A stretch of 39,446 nucleotides of DNA from a virus, in the IMG/VR virus record IMGVR_UViG_3300045988_067321, positions 1-39,446 of that record. One strand, 5' to 3'. Below the pieces are notes generated by a model. It was not told the origin of the DNA. It searched no databases and worked only from the letters and a program-made list of their open reading frames with translations. Positions 9,401 through 17,229 of this stretch are shown here, one piece after another (position 1 is the stretch's first letter; each line of letters begins with the position of its first letter). The position numbers and the translations under genes were made by a program.

Positions 9401-10434
9401 CTTTCATAAAAAACAATTCCGAGAGATTCTGCCGATCCTCCCAGTTGCTCAAGAGCGCTGGAAAGATTGTCCTGCATTGTTTCTGCTGCTTTCTGTGCTT
9501 CGCCGTCACAATTCTTGTATGCTTCTGTTAAATCTCCAAGAGAGCCCTCTCCCTCATTAATAAGCGCCATCATACCAGATAACGCTTCTTGTCCATACAA
9601 TGTAACAAGCAGATTGTTTTTCTGCTCGTCAGTCATGCCTTCCGTGGCTTTGCGAAGCATTCCTACCTGCTCAGTCAAAGATTTCATTTTACCGTTGGAA
9701 TCATAAAAAGAAATCCCCAATTTATCCATGGCTTCCTGCATGTCATCTGTTGGTTTAGAGAGTCTTGAAATTGCTCCACGAAGTGTTGTTCCCGCTTGAC
9801 TTCCTTGTATTCCGGCATCTGCCATGATACCGATTGCTGCAGCTGTTTCCTCCAGTCTAAGCCCTGCCGCCCTTGCAAGCGGTGCAACATATTTCATCGC
9901 CTCTCCGGTTTGCGCTACCGAAGAGTTTGTCCTATTCGCATTTGCAGCCAACACATCCGCCACATGCGCCATATCCTTTGCTTCTAGCCCAAACCCTCGA
10001 AGTGTGGAAGCTGCAATGTCTGAACTTGTTGCAAGATCTTCTCCTGCGGCAGCTGCAAGACTTAATAATCCGGGCATTGCATCAACGATCTCATTCGTAG
10101 CAAACCCGGCTGCTGCAAGGTTCTCCATACCCTCCGCTGCCTGTTTAGAAGAAAATGCAGTGTCTGCACCAAGCTGAATTGCTTGTTCTTTTAATTTATT
10201 AAATTCTTCCCCTGTCGCTCCCGAAATCGCCTTGACCCGGGACATCTGTGATTCGAAATCGGATCCAACTTTGATTGCTGCTGTGGCAATACCACCCAGC
10301 GCTACTGATGTGCCAGTGATCGCTGTTGCAGTAGCTTTGAGCCCTTTTGCTGTAATACTTCCTAATTTCTTTAATCCGGATTCTATCCCAGAAGAGTCCA
10401 GATCTGTTTCAATTACAACTTTTCCATCTGCCAT
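6406..10434 (-). CDS. Tape measure protein (1342 aa).
   Basis: Largest ORF. Ala/Gly-rich helical N-terminal region, coiled-coil centre. Located after the tail chaperone genes. Confidence 0.9.
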   Translation of the reverse strand: MADGKVVIETDLDSSGIESGLKKLGSITAKGLKATATAITGTSVALGGIATAAIKVGSDFESQMSRVKAISGATGEEFNKLKEQAIQLGADTAFSSKQAAEGMENLAAAGFATNEIVDAMPGLLSLAAAAGEDLATSSDIAASTLRGFGLEAKDMAHVADVLAANANRTNSSVAQTGEAMKYVAPLARAAGLRLEETAAAIGIMADAGIQGSQAGTTLRGAISRLSKPTDDMQEAMDKLGISFYDSNGKMKSLTEQVGMLRKATEGMTDEQKNNLLVTLYGQEALSGMMALINEGEGSLGDLTEAYKNCDGEAQKAAETMQDNLSSALEQLGGSAESLGIVFYESVAENLKKTAQSATDSINNITDAFKSGGMNAAIQAAGDEFANLATAAAEHAPEMVDTAVDFIESFGSGIIKNKKKLYNSAVDMAETLGTGLTRILPDELERPVESAVKSITSSLNSGGLKKAGKTVETTFKNVIEIVGKLADAALPPLTKAIDFAGDHFDLLAASATATFTAFKGYRIFATTSKAASGLSATVKMLSAAEKANALQVLAASGALTTKEMVVGVLTGKITLATAAQTAWNAAMNANPIGIVATAIGALTAGLVAYKIATNDSKDSQYALTEEQKKANKEIHKQYESYKELDSARKEAMSGIDAEYAHLTELKDELNTLIDTNGKVKSGYEDRANFIVSELSSALGLEKEQIWEIINANGNLSESIDQVIEKKKAEAYLNANEEAYAEAIKNKNSALQTYVSKLAECKEAEEAYNEAQAAATSVMEEYQEMFKASPEAAQAYIEAQNGVLVAAEEAKKTFKEQKKALSEAEERYVGYNATIQNYEGLSSAIISGDADKINNALFNMKNSFITAETGTKKSLEKQVKNAEKAYKDIQKAIKDGTPGITQEAVDGAKQMVDAAKAEMDKFEAKAKESTKKAGDGAVQGLNEKMPDFTNSAKNSALAWTMGFQNSEEFLKSGKKAGWSVKQGVDSTQQEINESGTNISDSLNKNLGSADTKATGKAKLLEYNLGIGSQKGNIDKTSDLIAESSNKKLGSKDTEKTGSKKLSEYNFGVGSQKGNVDSTARNIANSANSILGSADTRSTGSSQGGKYNSGLGSMNGNINSTAIALSDTANRGLGAANTAGTGSNQGLRFSRGVGSVSAYSDGASVSETAKSGMGSVDASGTGSNFVQGFVNGFGLVDVWNAAKSIGEQALGAIKKSLGIHSPSRAAMALGEFFGQGFALGVGNKEKEVAKTSNKLGEIALNSLDLTSVTRRAREVMAFNSSRISQGIAGRNIQAQHVIEHDKNRLTDREIEAIGKGVASVVNARMEEFRFIFKERELGRAVRSVM
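6940..7440 (-). repeat. About four tandem degenerate repeats of about 43 aa (129 bp) inside the tape measure C-terminal third.
   Basis: Repeated LGS(A/K)DT..TG...L.EYN.G.GSQKGN.D.T units. DNA repeats are visible at about 7213 and 7340. Confidence 0.7.
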
Positions 10435-10474
10435 TTTCCCACCTACCTGTCATTATGCAAAGTAGGCTTGGGCG

Positions 10475-10630
10475 CTACTCATCGGTGCGTCTCTGAACTC
10501 TTCCCTTTGCTGGATATTCAATCTTATTTATTTTTTTACAGCGCGGACATTTCATTTCTCCTTTTATATAATTCGCAAATAGCAATGTGTGTCCGCACCG
10601 CGTGCATCTTATCTTCTCAATCTTAATCAC
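10475..10630 (-). CDS. Mu Com-like zinc-ribbon protein (51 aa, GTG start). Not in the ORF track.
   Basis: Hand translation VIKIEKIRCTRCGHTLLFANYIKGEMKCPRCKKINKIEY with two CxxC pairs. GTG lies 4 nt after the upstream stop. Confidence 0.5.
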   Translation of the reverse strand: MIKIEKIRCTRCGHTLLFANYIKGEMKCPRCKKINKIEYPAKGRVQRRTDE

Positions 10631-10634
10631 CTAC

Positions 10635-11237
10635 TCACAATAATCCGCTTACATCTCCGCCGTTCATAAGCGCCTCTTCGAGCTGCTTTGTATACTCGTC
10701 CACAACTACCGCTTTATCCAGTCCATAATATCCCTGCATTGCTTGGAAGAAAGCCCGTTCTTCTTTTCCGAGCTTATTATTTGCAGTATCTGTTGTACGA
10801 TATTCCATGACTTTAGATAGCCTTGTATCTGCTCCGAAATTGTCTAGTAAGATCATAAATCTCCACCAGTGCATCCTTTCTCTTTGTAGATCGATTCCAT
10901 ACTGTTGCTGGAAGCCTGCGTAGATCAGTTCTGCATCCTCTACAAAATCAAAAGACTGCTTATCGTTCAACCCTGCAATCTTCCGCGGAAATTTCTTTTT
11001 CTTCTTTTCCCTCCCACAAGAAAAGAACCAGAACATTTTCTCAATGTGCTCCCCTGTAAAAAATGCGCAGTCCTTATAAAACAGCTGCAATATCTCTACC
11101 AAAGACTGCTGAGAAAGCTCCGGCTCCCTTTCGATGATTTCGTTGCATCTTAAAACGGTGCAAAAATCTGAATTGATCAGACATTCTACACCGTCTACGA
11201 TCAGCGATTCTGGAAAAATCTCTGTTAAAACGCTCAT
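10635..11237 (-). CDS. Tail assembly chaperone (bacteriophage Gp15 family).
   Basis: Position between the tail tube and tape measure genes. N-terminal pattern resembles Gp15-family proteins. Confidence 0.6.
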   Translation of the reverse strand: MSVLTEIFPESLIVDGVECLINSDFCTVLRCNEIIEREPELSQQSLVEILQLFYKDCAFFTGEHIEKMFWFFSCGREKKKKKFPRKIAGLNDKQSFDFVEDAELIYAGFQQQYGIDLQRERMHWWRFMILLDNFGADTRLSKVMEYRTTDTANNKLGKEERAFFQAMQGYYGLDKAVVVDEYTKQLEEALMNGGDVSGLL

Positions 11238-11587
11238 CTCGCATTCCTTCTGCCTTTATTGCCTTTTCCTTTCAAGGTCTGCATGATTTTTTTATACTCC
11301 TGGTCCTGTCTCATCTGCTCGGAAACAAGCTCTTCGTAAGCTTTCATGCACGTCAGGAGATTATCTTTCGATCCACAGACTTTAATACCTGTCCCTCTTC
11401 CGAAGACTTCATCAAAAATTGATTTGATTCTCTTGCACAGATAATGATTCTGTTCCGCTTCATCGCCCTTGGGCAGATCTTCCGCTACTGTCTTCATCTT
11501 TTCCAATTCCTGGTAATACTTTTTCCTCAACTCCACGTTATCTGCATCGTATAAGTCAAAATCAAGTTCTACGTTGTTGATTTTCAT
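11234..11587 (-). CDS. Tail assembly chaperone, first of the pair (117 aa).
   Basis: AGGAGG RBS before ATG 11587. The longer ORF-track start (11644) would run through the conserved stem-loop. Confidence 0.55.
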   Translation of the reverse strand: MKINNVELDFDLYDADNVELRKKYYQELEKMKTVAEDLPKGDEAEQNHYLCKRIKSIFDEVFGRGTGIKVCGSKDNLLTCMKAYEELVSEQMRQDQEYKKIMQTLKGKGNKGRRNAR

Positions 11588-11610
11588 TTGCAAGCTCCTC
11601 CTATTTCTTT

Positions 11611-11668
11611 CCAATCTTTGCCTTGCCAATTTTCCCCTGTCCAATTAAGGCATTATCAGCAGGGGATA
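11611..11668 (-). promoter_or_regulatory. Conserved stem-loop element, copy B, immediately 3' of the major tail gene.
   Basis: Minus strand CCCCTG-CTGATAATGCCTTAATTGGA-CAGGGG-AAAATTGGCAAGGCAAAG. About 80 percent identical to copy A (14121-14175), with a covarying stem. Confidence 0.6.
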
Positions 11669-12199
11669 CTATTCCCCCGCTGGCGTAAATGTCTTCGTTT
11701 TAGTGTTAAACTCTCCCTTAACCCAGTCGGTTTTACCAAGGAGATTTCCTGATCCTTGAATTTCTCCGTCGTTGTCAGAAAACTCAGCAACTTCTACTGC
11801 GACTCTCCTTTGTCTAGCCTCGAAAGTATTTTCTTTTAAGTTCACAGGCTTATTAAGATAAACTTTAACGTAAAGCGTTTCAGCTTCTACGCCTGTTTTT
11901 TCGTTCTCTCCAATATCTGCAATAAACTGGATTGCCTTCTCTGAGCGAATCAAATCAAACTCGAGCGGCGCTGTCCATTCATACGATCCAATTGACTGTG
12001 TAGCTGACTTCTGATTCACGTATCGTTTTGAAGTTGTCTGGGCTGAAGGAGAGTTATCTAGCTGTGTTACTCCAACTCCAAGAAGTTCGAACTGCGGCAT
12101 TTCGCCACCGCCTGTCACATCAATATAATCCGGCTGCTGGTATCTCTGTTCAACTCCAGTTTCTTTTGATTCCGCATAAAATTGTAAGTTCATTTTCAT
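11669..12199 (-). CDS. Major tail (tube) protein.
   Basis: 176 aa, GGAGGT RBS. Located directly upstream of the chaperone pair and tape measure. Confidence 0.6.
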   Translation of the reverse strand: MKMNLQFYAESKETGVEQRYQQPDYIDVTGGGEMPQFELLGVGVTQLDNSPSAQTTSKRYVNQKSATQSIGSYEWTAPLEFDLIRSEKAIQFIADIGENEKTGVEAETLYVKVYLNKPVNLKENTFEARQRRVAVEVAEFSDNDGEIQGSGNLLGKTDWVKGEFNTKTKTFTPAGE

Positions 12200-12204
12200 T
12201 CTTT

Positions 12205-12633
12205 CTACCTCCGTTTAAAGTAAATAAATTGACACTGTATTCTGTACTGGCATTTTGTTTCTTGTGCATCATACAGGTATCCATCCGTTGTCGCTCGGAT
12301 AGACCTGCTCTGCAAGTTTCCTCTTAAATCCGGTAAATCTCCTGTGCTTGTACACTCTTCCAGCCAATCAGAAAACTTTTCGTAAAATTCAGATGTATCC
12401 TTGTTCTCTTCTTCCCCGTAAAGCTCTCTTGAACATAAAGAAAAAACATACTGCCTTATGGTGTCCCCATTCGTGTACCTCTTCAAGATCGGTTCTACTG
12501 GAGTGCTTTCAATACAGTATGCTGTCGTGTCTTCTTCTAATTTGTCCAAATGAACGACTGGAAAGAGTTCTGCAAATTCTTCGAGAAAAGGACACGTCTG
12601 AATAAATTCCACAACTTTACTTGCCACACTCAT
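12205..12633 (-). CDS. Head-tail joining / tail completion protein.
   Basis: ATGA-coupled start at 12633 with a GGAGGA RBS. Call is by position only. Confidence 0.4.
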   Translation of the reverse strand: MSVASKVVEFIQTCPFLEEFAELFPVVHLDKLEEDTTAYCIESTPVEPILKRYTNGDTIRQYVFSLCSRELYGEEENKDTSEFYEKFSDWLEECTSTGDLPDLRGNLQSRSIRATTDGYLYDAQETKCQYRIQCQFIYFKRR

Positions 12634-12959
12634 TTTGCTTTTCCTCCACAATATTTCGCCGTGGCTTTTATGATTTCTTCGCCACGGTCGTTCCACATGC
12701 GCTTATCCCATTGCGGACCTCTTAAGCCGTCACCTTTATGCTCGTAATACTGTCGGCGAGAATAAGGCTGTGGATATGTTATTTTGTTTATCTGCTCTAT
12801 GGCAGTATTTTTCATAACCCCGGTGCGCCTAGGGACATACGGATCTGACAACCTCCTTACTTCGTGAGTAAAAAATCTCTGTCCGTCTCCGTTCTTATTC
12901 AGCTTTCTTCTCAGCATAATCTTATCCACCGGATCTATGTTAAGCTTAACCTTGGCCAT
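12630..12959 (-). CDS. Head-tail joining protein (minor capsid family).
   Basis: Gene order. Translationally coupled to its neighbours. Confidence 0.4.
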   Translation of the reverse strand: MAKVKLNIDPVDKIMLRRKLNKNGDGQRFFTHEVRRLSDPYVPRRTGVMKNTAIEQINKITYPQPYSRRQYYEHKGDGLRGPQWDKRMWNDRGEEIIKATAKYCGGKAK

Positions 12960-13369
12960 TAAGAGCCGCCTCCTATCCGAATATGCTTGGAAGAACCAAA
13001 AAAGTTCTCGGAATGACTTAGGATCTCACCTACCACTCCTGAGAACTCTTTTTCAATCTCGTTTATTCCACTTACACGATCTGCACCGTTCCATATTCCA
13101 ACAATAAACAAATCACCATTTTGTACAGTCCAATTTTGGGATGGGGTTTCTGATTTTAAAAACTCATCACTCGGCAACCAGTTCTCGCATTCTGAATACG
13201 GTATCCTGATCTGATATTCATCTGCACTTTTCAGACCGTTTTCCCCTGCACTGCTTTTCTGTTTTGTGTGAAACCATACTCTCTGGATTGCATGCGGAAC
13301 ATAAACAAACTTTTTGCTGACCTTATCCGGGATACGGTTGAAAATTGTAATCGTTGCATTTGTGACCAC
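12959..13369 (-). CDS. Head-tail joining protein (minor capsid family).
   Basis: Gene order. Translationally coupled to its neighbours. Confidence 0.4.
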   Translation of the reverse strand: MVTNATITIFNRIPDKVSKKFVYVPHAIQRVWFHTKQKSSAGENGLKSADEYQIRIPYSECENWLPSDEFLKSETPSQNWTVQNGDLFIVGIWNGADRVSGINEIEKEFSGVVGEILSHSENFFGSSKHIRIGGGS

Positions 13370-13749
13370 TATTCCACCCCCAAATATAGAAGCCCGGTAT
13401 GAGCTAGATATCTTTGAATGACCTCGTATATCTTAATCTGCAAAGAATTCACCGCGATCTTTCCTGCCTCCGCCTCGGTTGCATAGCTTACAGAATACCC
13501 ATCTGTATTTTCCGATTGAATCTCCCTTCCGCCATGCTCTCGCTTGTTTACATCGTCTTGATAAATCATTTCCGCAACTTCACACAAACACATCTGCGCA
13601 AGCTCCATCTCTTCTTCGCTCGGTTCCACATGCATGGATTGATTTAAGTAAGTATTTGCCTTTGCGACTGGCTGCATTAGATGCTCCTCGTCTTCGATAA
13701 TGGTTCCGAAATACTTATCCTTGTAAAATTTGTAATCTACTATGATCAT
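13369..13749 (-). CDS. Head-tail connector protein.
   Basis: AAAGGTG RBS before ATG 13749. First gene after the capsid/decoration genes. Confidence 0.4.
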   Translation of the reverse strand: MIIVDYKFYKDKYFGTIIEDEEHLMQPVAKANTYLNQSMHVEPSEEEMELAQMCLCEVAEMIYQDDVNKREHGGREIQSENTDGYSVSYATEAEAGKIAVNSLQIKIYEVIQRYLAHTGLLYLGVE

Positions 13750-13762
13750 GGCGGTGCACCTT

Positions 13763-14092
13763 TTACGCACTTGCCATCTGCCCAGCTGCTTTAAGAGAAT
13801 CTAAGAGAGCTTTAAACTCTGCTTTTGTTACGTTTGCCGCTGCCGCCTCTGGAACAAGTTCCGCCTGCTTTACTCCTCCAAGAGTTGTTTTATTCGCTGC
13901 TGGAAGAGAATAGCTTGGTCCCGCAGGTCCCTGCGCCCCCGGATCCCCCTTCTCTCCTTTTGCGCCTGCCGGGCCTTGTGGTCCCTGCGGCCCAATCTGC
14001 TCATTCTGCACAGCCTTCTCAAGTTTATTCATTTTCTCGGCTGTGATCACATCTCCATCGTTCCATGTTGTTGGTGTGTATGCCATATTCAT
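13763..14092 (-). CDS. Small collagen-like repeat protein (109 aa), possibly a capsid fibre or decoration protein.
   Basis: GPQGPQGPAGAKGEKGDPGAQGPAGP forms nine uninterrupted G-X-Y triplets. Located directly after the major capsid gene. Confidence 0.6.
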   Translation of the reverse strand: MNMAYTPTTWNDGDVITAEKMNKLEKAVQNEQIGPQGPQGPAGAKGEKGDPGAQGPAGPSYSLPAANKTTLGGVKQAELVPEAAAANVTKAEFKALLDSLKAAGQMASA

Positions 14093-14120
14093 TACCTCCG
14101 TATATTATTTTGATTTCCCT

Positions 14121-14175
14121 ACTTTTGCCTTTCCTATTTTCCCACTGCCAATCAAGGCTGTATCGTCAGTGGGTG
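14121..14175 (-). promoter_or_regulatory. Conserved stem-loop element, copy A, starting 3 nt after the major capsid stop codon.
   Basis: Minus strand CCCACTG-ACGATACAGCCTTGATTGG-CAGTGGG-AAAATAGGAAAGGCAAAAG. Partner copy at 11611-11668. Confidence 0.6.
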
Positions 14176-15030
14176 TTACCCCACCGTATGCACATAGATG
14201 CCATCTTTCTTATTATCGTAGCATTCTGCGATACCAACAGTACGGTATCCAAATTTCCAAGCGTCCGCATCCTGGTTCTGGTCTGGTGTAATAATCTTGG
14301 ATACAGTGTGTTTCTGGTACTGGATTGCTGCCTGTTTGTCCACGATCATGAAGTTTACTGCTTTACCACTAGCATTCTTCGCATATCCACCTGCGCCAGA
14401 AGCTGTCAGATCGATTTTTGAATAGAATCTTCCCTCTGGTACCTTTACAATTCCTGCAAATCCCTCAATAGCTTTCTTTGATGCCGTTGTGTCCAAGTCC
14501 TCGATCATGCCGTAGATTGTCGGATTGATAAACAGATAGCAAGTTGCAAGGTTTGCTTCTGCGTTCTCAATTTTGCTTCTAGCTGTTCTGAGCGCTGCAA
14601 GAGCCGCTTTACCATCGTTTAAAGCCGCTGCTACTGTTGTGACACCAGAAATAGATGCATAGCCTGCAAGACGGTATGCATCAAGTTCTGGAACCACTTT
14701 GGTACGCAGAAATTCTCCAGACAATCTGCCAAATGCTACGCCTGCGGACTCAATATTGTCCATAGCATCAATTGTAAACATTCGTCCACGGTCATATCCG
14801 CATTTCTTTGTTTCGTATTCCAGTGTCACATCACCTGCAACATATCCTGTCTGTTTGTTGTAGTTTGCAAGTCCCTGCATGGACATTTTCGGGATCAGAA
14901 TCTCATTCGCGTTTGCCCCCTCTCTCACAAGCTCATTCGGACCATCCAAAACCGCTGTCAAAGACGCCAGTTTGTAAACTTCGTCTAACATCGTAGAGTA
15001 TGCTTTTCTTAATGCAATTGTGTTCGCCAT
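14176..15030 (-). CDS. Major capsid protein.
   Basis: 284 aa, directly downstream of the GP20 scaffold gene. No other candidate exists in the head module. Confidence 0.7.
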   Translation of the reverse strand: MANTIALRKAYSTMLDEVYKLASLTAVLDGPNELVREGANANEILIPKMSMQGLANYNKQTGYVAGDVTLEYETKKCGYDRGRMFTIDAMDNIESAGVAFGRLSGEFLRTKVVPELDAYRLAGYASISGVTTVAAALNDGKAALAALRTARSKIENAEANLATCYLFINPTIYGMIEDLDTTASKKAIEGFAGIVKVPEGRFYSKIDLTASGAGGYAKNASGKAVNFMIVDKQAAIQYQKHTVSKIITPDQNQDADAWKFGYRTVGIAECYDNKKDGIYVHTVG

Positions 15031-15055
15031 ATCTTATTACCTCATTCTTTCAAAA

Positions 15056-15604
15056 TTATTTTTCTGCCGGAAGCCCCATAGCCGCTCTGATTGCCGAGAA
15101 ATTATCTCCACCTGTGCCAGAGCCGCCAGTTGCTCCCACTGGGTTCTTAAAAGGCTCATCAGAGCCAAATAAATAAGCATCAGACTCCTTTACGGTTTCC
15201 AATGCTTTCTTAATGTCCTCAGACTGGTTTTTTGATTCTTTTAAAGCGTTCATATCAAGCATAGCCATAACTGCTTTTTCATTGCGTCCCCCGGCTGTCT
15301 TGATAGCTTCTTTGATTGTGTCGGAAAAGATGCGATCTGCTTCTTTGGCAGCATACTCATCATCTTTGTCCTTTAACTGCTGTTTCAGATTGTCGATTTC
15401 GCCCTGCATAGTTGTCGGGTCAACATCTTTAAACTTTTCTAAAGATTCCGTTGCAGTCTCAAGCTGACTTTTGTAATTGTCACGTTCTCCCTCGACCTTT
15501 GTGGTCTTTGCCTTTTCAGCTGCAATATCTTTTCCATTCTCTGCCATGATTTTATCAATAGCATCCTGTTCCAATCCAAGTCCTTTTAAAAAATCTGTTT
15601 TCAT
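15056..15604 (-). CDS. Scaffolding protein (phage GP20 family).
   Basis: Charged coiled-coil protein. MKTDFLKGLGLEQDAIDKIMAENGKDI is a typical GP20 N-terminus. Confidence 0.8.
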   Translation of the reverse strand: MKTDFLKGLGLEQDAIDKIMAENGKDIAAEKAKTTKVEGERDNYKSQLETATESLEKFKDVDPTTMQGEIDNLKQQLKDKDDEYAAKEADRIFSDTIKEAIKTAGGRNEKAVMAMLDMNALKESKNQSEDIKKALETVKESDAYLFGSDEPFKNPVGATGGSGTGGDNFSAIRAAMGLPAEK

Positions 15605-15694
15605 GCTTCATTCTCCTTTCGTCTTAGGTAGTTTTAGGCGTGTTACCATCCGCCACGAATTGACTGTTTAAGGTCTAATCAACTGACCAAAAGG

Positions 15695-15722
15695 CATAAA
15701 AATAACACATATCTCTATGTGT
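15695..15722 (-). terminator. Rho-independent terminator closing the fibre-like cassette, upstream of the scaffold gene.
   Basis: Minus strand ACACATA-GAGA-TATGTGT followed by TATTTTTAT. Confidence 0.65.
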
Positions 15723-15733
15723 CAATGTCTTAC

Positions 15734-15844
15734 TTATTCAATCTTCCCGCACTTCACGCACCGCCGCACATATCTCTTTGTAGCCTTGTCATAATGCTTA
15801 CGGTACTTGTGCTTGCAAAATCTCTGTTTCAGCCATTTAAGCAT
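15734..15844 (-). CDS. Small basic Cys/His protein (36 aa). Not in the ORF track.
   Basis: MLKWLKQRFCKHKYRKHYDKATKRYVRRCVKCGKIE. AGGAGGAG RBS. Confidence 0.5.
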   Translation of the reverse strand: MLKWLKQRFCKHKYRKHYDKATKRYVRRCVKCGKIE

Positions 15845-15853
15845 AATCTCCTC

Positions 15854-15949
15854 CTAAAGTAACGCCTGCACCTGCTCTTTTAAACTCTCCGGTACCTCGC
15901 CGATTGTTAAGTGTCCACCTTTAATCCTATTAGCTAAAAACTGTGCCAT
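15854..15949 (-). CDS. XkdX-like small protein (31 aa), second copy. Not in the ORF track.
   Basis: MAQFLANRIKGGHLTIGEVPESLKEQVQALL aligns with 3055-3171 (I.KG..TI..VPE.L.EQV). Confidence 0.65.
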   Translation of the reverse strand: MAQFLANRIKGGHLTIGEVPESLKEQVQALL

Positions 15950-15952
15950 AAT

Positions 15953-16240
15953 TTACACCCCCATTTTCATCGTTGCCAAAATTAATTCCTGCACCGCTTG
16001 GTCTGTGACTTCCTGTGCCGTCTGTGTTGCTTTTAAGTCCTTTTGCAGTTTGCCATAAGCGCTCATTCCGTCATCGACTGCCTCGTATTCTTTAATTACA
16101 TTCTCTTCTGTTTCTGTATAGCCGACAAAGACAAGGTTACTGAATCCTTCCGGCTTTTCTTCTTTGAGCGGCTTATAGCCCTCTTTCTTGATGGAGCTGA
16201 TTCTTACAGTTCCGTTTTCCATAATTTTTGCGTAGTTCAT
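15953..16240 (-). CDS. XkdW-like fibre accessory protein (95 aa).
   Basis: AAAGGAGA RBS before ATG 16240. Sits between the fibre-like and XkdX-like genes. Confidence 0.4.
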   Translation of the reverse strand: MNYAKIMENGTVRISSIKKEGYKPLKEEKPEGFSNLVFVGYTETEENVIKEYEAVDDGMSAYGKLQKDLKATQTAQEVTDQAVQELILATMKMGV

Positions 16241-16242
16241 AG

Positions 16243-17229
16243 TTATTTCTCCTTTCGATAGGTTAATTTGATTCCACATGGCACTTCTCCGCTGTCTACC
16301 GTGATATGTGTCGTTCCATTGTAGCTGTGCAGATTCCTAAGTTGTGTCTGTTCTTCTTGTGAGAGTGGTGTAAACTCTGGCTCCTTGAGTCTGTATAAAA
16401 CAGTGGCGCCAATACTTAATTGTCCTGTACTAGACATGTATTCCGTGTCGATTGGTTCGGAATTATAAGAGTCTATGATTTTCCCGCCATATAGCCATCC
16501 ATACTGTCCCCCCTGCTCAACTAGCTTGTCCCATTTGGTAATTGGGCGGTCAGAAGTGAAAGTGAGGGTTTGCTCTTTGCTCCAATTCTGCTCGGCGTTG
16601 GTAATTTTCACATCAATTTCATACTTTTGCATTCCCTCATTCCACTTCCCCACATTTTTGATTTCCTGTGGATATTCTGTACTTGGCGATGGCTTGCCTC
16701 CTGTGTATGGTTCATATGGAGTGACTTTTACTCCATGTTCTACTTGGATTTTTTCGTATCGACCTTCTGTAATATGCAACCCTCTGTAATTAATAGATAC
16801 AATAGGATTCTCCGGAGATGCATCAAACAAAGAACCTTTTTGCATATCCGAATCTACAACATATTTAAGCGTATTGTCTTTATATACTACTTTAATTCTC
16901 CATACATTACTCTGTATTGACTTCGGTAATATTTCTGCATGGATAAGTATGCGTTTTTCAAAGTTGCATTGAATCGGTGTTTCTCTAACACTGCCGTCGA
17001 TAAAAGGGATATTTAACAGATTCTTTCCTGTCGTAGTAAGTTGCGTACTATTACCAATCAATTCCAACCTCTCCAACGGCGCCTTTAAGCTGTTTGGAAG
17101 CATTAAACTCCCTACGCCCTCCATCTCTACCTTGTCGAAGTTTGGTGGCTGTGGAGGGGATACAGTACCGCCTAGAGGGCATACCATATCAACACCGATG
17201 ATTCCGGTGCCATCTACCATTTTAAGCAT
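16243..17229 (-). CDS. Tail-fibre-like / receptor-binding-like protein (328 aa), encoded in the head module.
   Basis: LERLELIGNSTQLTTTGKNLLN-type fibre motif. Followed by an XkdW/XkdX-like pair. Confidence 0.45.
   Translation of the reverse strand: MLKMVDGTGIIGVDMVCPLGGTVSPPQPPNFDKVEMEGVGSLMLPNSLKAPLERLELIGNSTQLTTTGKNLLNIPFIDGSVRETPIQCNFEKRILIHAEILPKSIQSNVWRIKVVYKDNTLKYVVDSDMQKGSLFDASPENPIVSINYRGLHITEGRYEKIQVEHGVKVTPYEPYTGGKPSPSTEYPQEIKNVGKWNEGMQKYEIDVKITNAEQNWSKEQTLTFTSDRPITKWDKLVEQGGQYGWLYGGKIIDSYNSEPIDTEYMSSTGQLSIGATVLYRLKEPEFTPLSQEEQTQLRNLHSYNGTTHITVDSGEVPCGIKLTYRKEK

Noticed and set aside
6446-10465. Numerous plus-strand ORFs of 60-117 aa inside the tape measure gene.
   Set aside because: They are antisense to a long, well-supported gene, lack RBSs, and have Ser/Pro/Cys-rich shadow-frame compositions.
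11225-11245. Looked for a programmed -1 frameshift (slippery heptamer) joining the two tail chaperone ORFs.
   Set aside because: The ORFs meet in a plain ATGA stop-start overlap, and no X-XXY-YYZ motif was found. Ordinary translational coupling is sufficient.
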